Shown here: positions 1 to 7,798 of the stretch, piece after piece
Layout: the number at the start of each line of letters is the position of its first letter
Position numbering within the stretch: the first letter of the stretch is position 1
Source: a virus
Lineage: Duplodnaviria > Caudoviricetes
Length of the DNA: 48,973 nucleotides
Reading direction: 5' to 3' (one strand)
Virus record (IMG/VR): IMGVR_UViG_3300025875_000774
Location: 1 to 48,973 of that record
Program-made: the position numbers and the translations under genes
The notes under the pieces: model-generated
What the model saw: the letters and a program-made list of their open reading frames with translations, nothing else
Database searches by the model: none
Told to the model about the DNA's origin: nothing

Positions 1-1317
1 ATGCCCAATCTCCAGACACGGACGCTCGCCGACGGCAGCAAGCGCTACCGGGTGGCCTACCGCCTCGACGGCAAGCAGACCTCCGACACCTTCGACGACG
101 AGGATGCGGCCCAGCGCCAGCTTCGCCGCGTGCGCGAGGTGGGCCCGGAACAGGCGCGAGCAGCTCTGGAGGCCGAAGCCAAGGGGCCAGGCGCAAGTTC
201 GACGACCGTGGCCGAGTGGACCGCCCATCACCTCGAGGTCGCCACCGGCATCACCGACGGCACCCGTAGCGAGTACGCGCGGCTGGCCGAGCGGACCTTC
301 CTCAAGGTCCTCGGGCGCCGCTCGCTCGACACCCTCACCTCCGACGACGTCCGGCGCTGGGTCAACGCCCAGACCAAAACACCGACCCGCGCCGGCACGC
401 CCACCTCCAGCAAGACCATCGTCAACGCCCACGGGCTGCTGTCCACGGTCCTGTCCTCGGCGGTGGAAGCCGGGCTCATCACCAAGAACCCCGCCAAGGG
501 CATTCCCATCTCCCGCGGCGAGCACAAGGAGATGGTCTTCCTCACCGAAGGTGAGTTCACGCGGCTCCTGGGCCACATCCCCCAGCACTACGTGCCCTTC
601 GTGCTCTTCCTGGCCTCCACCGGCTGCCGCTGGGGTGAGGCGACGGCGCTGTCCTGGGGCGACGTCGACCTGGACTCCACCCAGCCGTTCGCCCGCATCC
701 GCCGGGCGTGGAAGAAGGGGCCGGGCGCAGCGAAGGAGCTGGGGACGACCAAGACCAGGCGGGGCGTGCGTCGAGTGCCGCTCTACCCCGACCTCGTGGC
801 GCTGCTGCGGCCACTGCGCGGGGCGCCGGAGTCCTTCGTGTTCACCAGCCCGCGCCAGAAGGTCATCGCCAACCACACCTTCCACATGCGGGTGTGGCAG
901 CCGGCCGTCTCGGCCTTCGCGGGCGATGAGGTGGAAACCGTATGGGAGCCCGGTGGCCCAGGGCGCCGGCGCCGGGTGCAGAAGGTGATCCGCAAGGGTC
1001 CGGGCAAGCGGCCACGGGTCCACGACCTGCGCCACTGCGCGGCCTCGTGGATGGTGCACGGCGACGCCGACCCGCTCCTGGTGCAGAACGCCCTGGGCCA
1101 CGAGGACATCCGCACCACGCTCGGCACCTACGGTCACCTGCGTGGTGACGCCCTCGCGGTGCAGGCGTCGATCATGCAGCGCGTTCTTGCCGGCGCCGCA
1201 CCGCAGCTGGAGCCGGACCTACTGGCGCTGCCCGCGCAACGCGGCGTCGAGCAGCCAGCGGGTGACCCCGAGCTCGAGGGCGAGGCGGTCGAAGTCCTCG
1301 CCATAGACCGCGACTAG
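1..1317 (+). CDS. int: Tyrosine integrase
   Basis: GCRWGE (catalytic R), HDLRH, LGH..TTLGTY motifs; N-terminal arm-binding-like region. Confidence 0.95.
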   Translation: MPNLQTRTLADGSKRYRVAYRLDGKQTSDTFDDEDAAQRQLRRVREVGPEQARAALEAEAKGPGASSTTVAEWTAHHLEVATGITDGTRSEYARLAERTFLKVLGRRSLDTLTSDDVRRWVNAQTKTPTRAGTPTSSKTIVNAHGLLSTVLSSAVEAGLITKNPAKGIPISRGEHKEMVFLTEGEFTRLLGHIPQHYVPFVLFLASTGCRWGEATALSWGDVDLDSTQPFARIRRAWKKGPGAAKELGTTKTRRGVRRVPLYPDLVALLRPLRGAPESFVFTSPRQKVIANHTFHMRVWQPAVSAFAGDEVETVWEPGGPGRRRRVQKVIRKGPGKRPRVHDLRHCAASWMVHGDADPLLVQNALGHEDIRTTLGTYGHLRGDALAVQASIMQRVLAGAAPQLEPDLLALPAQRGVEQPAGDPELEGEAVEVLAIDRD

Positions 1318-1602
1318 GCCCTTGAGGTCGCCGGGGTCGACCAGGCGCCCGGCGGCGACACGGTCAGCCCGAGCTTCCGAGCGCGCATCCCACCACTGCC
1401 GACCGGTGACCACGTCGCCGTACTCGGCGTGCGCGACCTCGTGGGCGAGGGTGCAGCGCTCCTGTGCAGCCGTGAGGCCCCGGTGCAGGACGACCGTGCG
1501 CTTGCCGTGGTGGTACTCCCCCCACCGGTCGCACAGCGGGGCGTAGATCACGACGAGCCCCAGGTCCTGCGCATGGCTGTACGGGTCGTACGGCGTGCTC
1601 AC
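1219..1602 (-). CDS. ImmA/IrrE-family metallopeptidase (anti-repressor protease)
   Basis: ERCTLAHEVAH (HExxH); GTG start overlaps repressor stop (GTGA). Confidence 0.88.
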   Translation of the reverse strand: MSTPYDPYSHAQDLGLVVIYAPLCDRWGEYHHGKRTVVLHRGLTAAQERCTLAHEVAHAEYGDVVTGRQWWDARSEARADRVAAGRLVDPGDLKGLVAVYGEDFDRLALELGVTRWLLDAALRGQRQ

Positions 1603-2027
1603 GCTCCCGCGCCAGACTCCTCGCCGGGAACGTCTGCGCCCGTGGGGTCGATGGGCTTGGCGGCCACCAGGTGCGGGGCGTCGAAAGCGGGCTCCTCGCC
1701 GAAGTGACGCATGGCGTCGCGCTCCTCGAGCAGCTTCTCGCGCAGCGCCTCGACGAGCTGCAGGGGCGTCAGGTCCTCGGCGCGCGCAGTGACGACCGTG
1801 ACGCCCGCCTCGTCCTGGCTCAGGAAGCCTGCGGCGATGAGCCCTTCGAGCGGGCTGCGCCTGTAGGCGCGGGCGAGGGTGACCACCTGCTTGGGCGACG
1901 GTGCCTGCTTGCCGCTGCTCCAGCGGCTCACCGTCGAGGCGTCGATGCCTGTGGCGGTTGCGACGTCTTTCTGCTGCGCGCGGTCGCTGATCATCTCGAC
2001 GTAGTCCCACCACGGGTTCCCTCTCAT
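1599..2027 (-). CDS. Immunity repressor, XRE-type HTH
   Basis: QKDVATATGIDASTVSRW HTH; upstream of ImmA, divergent from Cro-like gene; probable leaderless ATG at 2027. Confidence 0.88.
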   Translation of the reverse strand: MRGNPWWDYVEMISDRAQQKDVATATGIDASTVSRWSSGKQAPSPKQVVTLARAYRRSPLEGLIAAGFLSQDEAGVTVVTARAEDLTPLQLVEALREKLLEERDAMRHFGEEPAFDAPHLVAAKPIDPTGADVPGEESGAGA

Positions 2028-2033
2028 GCCCGC

Positions 2034-2062
2034 ACCGTACTTGCGCCAACGCAAGCGGTCGA
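2034..2062 (-). promoter_or_regulatory. Leftward repressor promoter TCGACC-N17-TACGGT, leaderless
   Basis: -10 hexamer ends 6 nt before ATG 2027; 17-bp spacer. Confidence 0.6.
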
Positions 2063-2110
2063 GACCGCCTAGCCCAAATGGGTGTCCGCAACCTGCTTGC
2101 GTCACCGCAT
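2041..2110. promoter_or_regulatory. Operators TTGCG-N4-CGCAW (2041-2054, 2097-2110; degenerate 2078-2091)
   Basis: Palindromes TTGCGCCAACGCAA and TTGCGTCACCGCAT overlap both divergent promoters. Confidence 0.7.
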
Positions 2111-2125
2111 CACCCTCTGTAGGTT
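2097..2125 (+). promoter_or_regulatory. Rightward early lytic promoter TTGCGT-N17-TAGGTT
   Basis: SigA-like hexamers with 17-bp spacing upstream of Cro-like gene. Confidence 0.65.
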
Positions 2126-2175
2126 CATCCGTGTGGCCGCGCACACCGCGTGCGAGCACACAAGAGGGGGTGAGC

Positions 2176-2436
2176 GTGCAGACCATCCAGATCCGCCCCG
2201 AACGCCTCGCGTCTCTGCGGCGGCTCCACGACCTTCGTACCCAGCGATCCCTGGCCGAGGCCCTGCGCATCAACGAGGCGACCGTCAGCCGCGTCCTGGC
2301 CGACCAGGCAGCGCCCGGCACGTCCTTCATCGCCGCCGCGCTGCGGACCTTCGACGTCCCGTTCGAGTACCTTTTCGAGGCCGTGGACCAGTCCCCGGCC
2401 GACGAGGTGGCCCTGCCCACGGCGGTGTCGGCATGA
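2176..2436 (+). CDS. Cro-like HTH regulator
   Basis: TQRSLAEALRINEATVSRV HTH; GAGGGG RBS; divergent from repressor. Confidence 0.82.
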   Translation: MQTIQIRPERLASLRRLHDLRTQRSLAEALRINEATVSRVLADQAAPGTSFIAAALRTFDVPFEYLFEAVDQSPADEVALPTAVSA

Positions 2437-2672
2437 GCCTCGCCGGCGAGGAGACCGAGCCCTACACCCCGGAGTACGCCGCAACGCGACTCAAGGTCGA
2501 GGTCGAGTGGCTCAAGAAGCAGGCCGCCAAGGGCGCGGTCCCCAGCATCAAGCTCGGCCGGCGTCGGATGTTCATGGAGTCCGACATCCAGCAGATCCTC
2601 ACCAACGCCGCGTGTGCGCGGCGCACCGGACTCAGCGTCGGGTCCCTGCGGGCGAAGAGGCGGGCCTCATGA
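2433..2672 (+). CDS. Excisionase-like HTH protein
   Basis: YTPEYAATRLKV...VPSIKLGRRRMF winged-HTH pattern; ATGA overlap. Confidence 0.7.
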   Translation: MSLAGEETEPYTPEYAATRLKVEVEWLKKQAAKGAVPSIKLGRRRMFMESDIQQILTNAACARRTGLSVGSLRAKRRAS

Positions 2673-3088
2673 CGCCGCACTGGCTGGACGGGCGCGAGGT
2701 GGTGTATCGGGTCTTCGGCCCGGGCGGCACCTGCCTCTACGTGGGCCAGTCCTCACGCCTGTCGCGGCGGCTTGAAACGCACCGTCTGCAGGCGCCGTGG
2801 GCCCCTGCCGGAGCGCGGATCCGCGTCACCGTGCACCCGAGCCGAGTTGAGGCTCGCCGGGTTGAGACGGCCGAGATCAGGCGCCTGCGCCCTCGCTGGA
2901 ACATCAGTGGCCGGCCGCCCCGCGTCGACTGGACGGCCTGCGACTACCTCGAGGTGATCGAGGCCCTGCCGCACACCTTGAACGGCAGCCCCCATCTAGC
3001 TGGCAACCGGCCGCATCGTCTTCGTCGAGAGCTCAGTAGCCGGTACCCCGAGATCGCGCGGGCCGCCTACGGAGCGGAGGCCGCATGA
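2669..3088 (+). CDS. GIY-YIG nuclease family protein
   Basis: VVYR...LYVGQS..L.RR..H...E...I....P..N. Confidence 0.75.
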   Translation: MTPHWLDGREVVYRVFGPGGTCLYVGQSSRLSRRLETHRLQAPWAPAGARIRVTVHPSRVEARRVETAEIRRLRPRWNISGRPPRVDWTACDYLEVIEALPHTLNGSPHLAGNRPHRLRRELSSRYPEIARAAYGAEAA

Positions 3089-3288
3089 CCCCCACCCTCG
3101 TCGCCCTCCTGGTCGCCATCGCCGGCGGCTGGCTCGCCACCGCGACCGCCTTCGCCCTGCTCCTGAACCGCTGGATGAACGCGTGCGAGGAGTGCGAGGA
3201 GCGGGGCGCGGACTTCCGCGCCTGGGAGGCCGAGGTGTCCCCGCCGCTGGCGCAGCGCCTGTTCGGCGCCGACCGCGCCACTGACTGA
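3085..3288 (+). CDS. Small membrane protein
   Basis: N-terminal hydrophobic helix; coupled start. Confidence 0.6.
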   Translation: MTPTLVALLVAIAGGWLATATAFALLLNRWMNACEECEERGADFRAWEAEVSPPLAQRLFGADRATD

Positions 3289-3370
3289 TCCATCCCGAAC
3301 GGAAGCCGCCCCCGCGCTCCAGCCGAGCAAGCAAGCGCGCGAGGGCAACCACAGAAAGGTTCGCATCCCA

Positions 3371-3925
3371 ATGACCCCAGCCGCCACCAAGCAGGCCAGC
3401 GGCCTGTTCGTCACAGTGAACGGCGAGCCGACGCCGCTCACCGACCTGTCCTGGTACCAGACGGCACCTTGCGGCTGCACCTGCGCCGTCACTCTGGCCG
3501 AGACCGAGTGGTACGTCATCGCCACCGAGGCCGACGCCTGGAGGCGCTTCTACGAGGACGACGACCCCTCGCTGATGAAGCGCGACCAAGAGCGCGGCTA
3601 CGTCCTCGACCTCGACGCGATCAGCAAGGTCAAGGAGCGGCTCCAGGTTCGCTGCCCGCACGAGCCGAAGTGGGGCGTTCCCCCGACGCCCGGCCTCGAA
3701 GGCTTCGCATGGGCCGCGCCGTCCGCGCTCAACGTCCGTCGGAACGCGCGCCTTCACCTGATCCCAGCCGACTCCGTGGACACCCAGGACTGGCGAGCCC
3801 CGTACCCGGACACGGCCTGCGGTGAGTCACCCCGCAAGCGATGGACCGCCCAGCGCTGGGACACAGCTGGTCGCATCGAGTGCTCGCGCTGCCTCAGGGT
3901 CGCCACTGCGGCGGTGTCCGCATGA
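3371..3925 (+). CDS. Hypothetical Cys-rich phage protein
   Basis: GAAAGG RBS; PCGC and CxRC motifs. Confidence 0.65.
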   Translation: MTPAATKQASGLFVTVNGEPTPLTDLSWYQTAPCGCTCAVTLAETEWYVIATEADAWRRFYEDDDPSLMKRDQERGYVLDLDAISKVKERLQVRCPHEPKWGVPPTPGLEGFAWAAPSALNVRRNARLHLIPADSVDTQDWRAPYPDTACGESPRKRWTAQRWDTAGRIECSRCLRVATAAVSA

Positions 3926-4101
3926 CCCCCACCGCCACCACCGTGGCCCGTCACCGCGTCGAGATCAGCGAGGACGACCTGTACGCCAAGGACTTCGACC
4001 TCCTGCGCGAGCGGGGCCAGCAGCGCGGCACCGGCAAGCACCGGCGCCCCACCGGCGACACCGGCCAGATGCAGGCCGTGACCGAGGGGAGGGCGGCGTG
4101 A
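3922..4101 (+). CDS. Hypothetical protein
   Basis: ATGA/GTGA coupling on both sides. Confidence 0.55.
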   Translation: MTPTATTVARHRVEISEDDLYAKDFDLLRERGQQRGTGKHRRPTGDTGQMQAVTEGRAA

Positions 4102-4652
4102 GCGCCCTCGTCTTCATGGACACCGAGACCACCGGGCTGAGCCTGGACGACGACATCTGGGAGTTTGCTGCGATCCGCCGCGAGGCGGACGGCAGGGAGA
4201 GCGAGACGCACCTGTTCATCGATCACGACATGAACCGGTGCCTGGGGCTCCCTGAGCCGTTCCTGAAAAATCACCTGCGCCGCTTTCCCAAGGGCACGGG
4301 TGATCGGCGGCAGTTCACTCAGGCCGCAGCCGCTCAGGTCATCGCAGGGCAGTTCACTGACCGGCCGCACGTCGTCGGAGCGGTGCCGAACTTCGACACC
4401 GAGCGCATCGCCATCCTGCTCGGCCGCTTCGGCCTCGGGCCGGGCTGGCACTACCACCTGATCGACGTGGAGAACCTCGCCGTGGGCTTCCTCGCCGGTC
4501 GCGGCACGCCCGTTGCGCCGCCGTGGAACTCGGACGACCTGACGGCGGCCCTGGGCCTGCCGCCCGTCCCTGAGGACGAGCGGCACACCGCCATGGGTGA
4601 CGCCCGCTGGGCCATGCGCATCTACGACCACGTGATGGGCGGTGCGGCATGA
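4098..4652 (+). CDS. DnaQ-like (DEDDh) 3'-5' exonuclease
   Basis: FMDTETTGL, PNFD, HTAMGDA motifs. Confidence 0.85.
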   Translation: MSALVFMDTETTGLSLDDDIWEFAAIRREADGRESETHLFIDHDMNRCLGLPEPFLKNHLRRFPKGTGDRRQFTQAAAAQVIAGQFTDRPHVVGAVPNFDTERIAILLGRFGLGPGWHYHLIDVENLAVGFLAGRGTPVAPPWNSDDLTAALGLPPVPEDERHTAMGDARWAMRIYDHVMGGAA

Positions 4653-5612
4653 CCCGCCCCGAGGACGCCCTCGCCGCGTACCACCTGCGCTCGGCCCTGG
4701 AGCGCCGCGCCGCCCGCAGGTCCGCCCGCAGGTCCGCCCGCTGGGCGCGGCTGCTCGCCCTGCTCGACTACGGCCGCCGAGGAGGCGCGCGATGACCGCA
4801 TCACCGCTGGTGCCCGTGCCGGAGCTGCCGTACGAGACGTCTCGCGTCCACGAGGGGAGCAAGGGCCGCGTGCGCGTTAGCGCCAGCAAGGTGAGCCGCG
4901 ACCCGTACGGCTTCGTCATGGACGTGATGGCTGGCGACTCGATCGACGCGGGCATCGGCGTGAAGGTGGCCGAGGCCCCCGCCCTGGCCGCCGCGATCCT
5001 CGCCGCCGCGGGCTGCGACACCCACCGGGTCATCGACCTCGGCGGGCCGATGCCGAAGGTGATCCGCCATGAGGGCCGCGGGGAGACCGTGGGCTACGGC
5101 TCCGAGCCCGACGGGCTCATCTCCGACGCGCAGCACCTGAAGGACATCCGGGCGCAACTGGCGCTTCTGGAGGCCCGCGCCGCCATCCCGAAGCACGACC
5201 CCGCCGAGGTGGTGGCTGCTCGCGCAGCGCGGTCTGCCTACTGGCGCAGCATCGGCCAGCCCGACCGAGCGGACGCCGAGCCTGGCGCCGACAGCCTCTC
5301 CGGCTGGATCGCCGCCGTCAGGGCAGCCCGATGAACTACGCCGCCCCCGGGACCGCCGCAGCCCTCGACGCCGCGCCCCTGCCCGTCGAAGCCCACGCCG
5401 AGGACAACGTGGTGACGATCGACCTGCGACAGACCGCGCTCCTGCGCGTGAAGGACGGGGTCCTCACCATCGGCGCCGAGGCCGCCGAGACGCTCGCCCG
5501 CGACCTCGACGACGCCGTCACGCACCTGATGAACCACGGCAGCTGTCACCACAACACCTGGTGGCACGAGCGGTCCGTGCCGTGCGACCAGGTCATGGAC
5601 GACGCGTCATGA
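4649..5612 (+). CDS. Three coupled hypothetical genes (4649-4795, 4792-5334, 5331-5612)
   Basis: ATGA overlaps, GC-rich third codon positions. Confidence 0.55.
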
Positions 5613-5746
5613 ACGTCGCCAGCTGCGCCACCTGCGGTGGCGATGGCGTCATCGACCACGGTGATCGCTACGTGCCCGGCTTCGGCCTCGAGGTTCACGT
5701 CACCGACTGCAATGACTGCGGCGGTAGCGGAAGGGCCGACTCATGA
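5609..5746 (+). CDS. Small DnaJ-type zinc-finger protein
   Basis: CATCGGDG...CNDCGGSG. Confidence 0.6.
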   Translation: MNVASCATCGGDGVIDHGDRYVPGFGLEVHVTDCNDCGGSGRADS

Positions 5747-6525
5747 CCGCCCTGTCCGAGGTCCTGCCCAACCTGGCCTTTCTCAACGACGCGCCCACCG
5801 GCAGGGGCGGCAGCCCCGACCTGACCTGGACCGAGTACCGCGAGGTCATCGAAGCGGCCATCGCCGGCGCTCCCCGCTCGCTGCAAAAGCGCATCGGCCC
5901 TAGCGAGCTCGGCAATCCCTGCGACCTGTGCCTGGGCCGCAAGCTCGCCGGCATCCCCGAGATTCCCCAGGCGCCCGCCTGGCTCGCCACCGTGGGCACC
6001 GCCATCCACTCCTGGCTCGAAGAGACCTTCGTCGTCCTCAACCGCGACTACCCGGCCGGGGAGATCCGCTACCTGCTCGAGCAGACGGTCTCGGTCGGGG
6101 AGATCGACGGCACCGAGATCACCGGCCACTGCGACATGTACGACCGAGTCACCGCCACAGTCGTGGACTGGAAGACCTGCGGCCCGACGCGCATCAAGAA
6201 GTACCGAGCTCAGGGACCCGGGGACACCTACCGCCGCCAAGCGCACCTGTACGCCCGCGGCTGGACCCGGCGCGGTCTGCCCGTCGACCACGTCGCCATC
6301 GCCTTCCTTCCCCGCAACGAGGCCTTTGGGCGCGCCTTCTTCTGGCACGAGCCCTACGACGAGGCCATCGCCATCGAGGCGCTCGAGCGAGCTGACGCCC
6401 TCGCCAAGGCCATCCGCCTCGCCGGTCCTGACGCCGTCCTGCCCGGCCTCGCCGCCCTGCCCGGCTGCGACTCCTGCAGCCGGTACGTGCCCCGCTCGGG
6501 GGCCTTCGACGACCTCGTCACCTGA
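5743..6525 (+). CDS. Cas4/RecB-like PD-(D/E)XK exonuclease
   Basis: IGPSELGNPC, GTAIH, D..DWKT, QAHLY, terminal CxxC. Confidence 0.82.
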   Translation: MTALSEVLPNLAFLNDAPTGRGGSPDLTWTEYREVIEAAIAGAPRSLQKRIGPSELGNPCDLCLGRKLAGIPEIPQAPAWLATVGTAIHSWLEETFVVLNRDYPAGEIRYLLEQTVSVGEIDGTEITGHCDMYDRVTATVVDWKTCGPTRIKKYRAQGPGDTYRRQAHLYARGWTRRGLPVDHVAIAFLPRNEAFGRAFFWHEPYDEAIAIEALERADALAKAIRLAGPDAVLPGLAALPGCDSCSRYVPRSGAFDDLVT

Positions 6526-6581
6526 CGAGGCGGATCCACCCAGCTCCCACCACGACACGACGACCCTCAGGAGACAACGAC

Positions 6582-7214
6582 ATGGGATCCCTCGACGACC
6601 TCCTCTCCGGCGGCAGCAAGTCCTTCCGCTTCGAAAACCCGGGCGACACCGTCACCGGCACCATCACCACCGCCCCGGTGGTCCGCCAGGCCACCGAGTT
6701 CGGCACCAACAAGCCCCTCACGTGGGATGACGGCCGCCCTCAGGAGCAGGTCGTGGTCACGCTGTCCACGGGCCTGCGCGAGGCCGCGGACGACGACGGC
6801 ACCCGCTCCATCTACATCAAGGGCTGGGGCAGCCAGCTGAAGGCGTTCAAGGCGGCCGTGGCGAAGGCAGGCAAGAAGCCCGGCCCCGGGGACACCTTCA
6901 CGGCCCGCTTCACCGGCTACGGCCCCAAGCCCGCCGGGGGCGGTTTCCCCTCCAAGGAGTACGCCTACGAGCTCGTCTCCAGCGCCACAGCAGGCGTCGA
7001 CGCCCTGCTCGACCTGGAGCCGGCCCAGACCGCGGCAGCGGAGGTCCCTTCCCCGGCAGCCGCTGCCGCGCCCGCGGCGCCTTCCGGCCCGAGCCCGGAC
7101 GACATCACCACGGCCAAGCAGCTCATTGCGGCCGGCATGGGCGACGACGTCATCACCAAGGCCGCGCCGAGCCTCACGCCGGCGGTCCTCGGGGCGCTAC
7201 GCAACGCCGCCTGA
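6582..7214 (+). CDS. Putative ssDNA-binding protein
   Basis: SFRFENPGDTVTGTI...WDDGRP..Q actinophage pattern; follows exonuclease; AGGAG RBS. Confidence 0.65.
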   Translation: MGSLDDLLSGGSKSFRFENPGDTVTGTITTAPVVRQATEFGTNKPLTWDDGRPQEQVVVTLSTGLREAADDDGTRSIYIKGWGSQLKAFKAAVAKAGKKPGPGDTFTARFTGYGPKPAGGGFPSKEYAYELVSSATAGVDALLDLEPAQTAAAEVPSPAAAAAPAAPSGPSPDDITTAKQLIAAGMGDDVITKAAPSLTPAVLGALRNAA

Positions 7215-7222
7215 ACGGCGAA

Positions 7223-7265
7223 CACCTGGTGGCGCAGGCGTCGTAACCGCCTGCGCCACCAGGTG
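7223..7265 (+). terminator. Perfect 18-bp stem hairpin
   Basis: CACCTGGTGGCGCAGGCG-tcgtaac-CGCCTGCGCCACCAGGTG right after the SSB stop; no U tract. Confidence 0.55.
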
Positions 7266-7324
7266 CCCAGCGCCCCGCCAGTCCGCCAGCCGAGAGACCA
7301 CGAACCAGCGAGGACTTCCCCATC

Positions 7325-7798
7325 ATGGCAACTCGCCCCAAGGACATTGGCACCGCAGCAGAGACGGCCGTCGTGCGGTTTCTGCGCACTGCCGGGTTCC
7401 CCCACGCCGAACGGCGGGCGCTGACCGGCGCCCTCGACCAGGGCGACATCACCGGCACTCCGGGCATCGCCTGGGAGGTCAAGGGGGGCCAGGCCGCCAA
7501 GACTGCCAGCGACGGCCAAGTCGCCCAGTGGCTCGCCGAAACCGAGACCGAGCGCCTCAACGCCCGCGCCGACATCGGGATCCTCGTCATGGCCCGTGCC
7601 GGGTGCGGGCCTGCGAACACGGGCCGCTGGTGGGCGGTCCTGCCCTTCCTGCACGTGGCACCACAGGTCGCGCTGGCTGCCGACACTGCGGCCCTGTCCA
7701 TCCAGCCTGTGCGCGTCCACCTCGCCACCGCCTGCCGGATGCTGCAGGTCGCCGGCTACGGAGCGCCACAAGGCAGCATCGGCGCGGTTCCCGCATGA
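7325..7798 (+). CDS. Holliday junction resolvase (PD-(D/E)XK type)
   Basis: GTAAETAVVRFL...AERR...GDI....WEVK. Confidence 0.75.
   Translation: MATRPKDIGTAAETAVVRFLRTAGFPHAERRALTGALDQGDITGTPGIAWEVKGGQAAKTASDGQVAQWLAETETERLNARADIGILVMARAGCGPANTGRWWAVLPFLHVAPQVALAADTAALSIQPVRVHLATACRMLQVAGYGAPQGSIGAVPA

Noticed and set aside
1-60. attL/attR sites
   Set aside because: Window starts at the integrase ATG and ends at a stop codon; no flanking direct repeat identified
5743-6525. Cas4-like gene as part of a CRISPR system
   Set aside because: No repeat-spacer array or other cas genes seen; solo Cas4-like nucleases next to SSB are common in actinophages
7126-7794. N-terminal 223 aa of the 1053-aa ORF
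   Set aside because: Overlaps SSB and resolvase and is Arg-rich noise; the coupled ATG at 7795 is the plausible start
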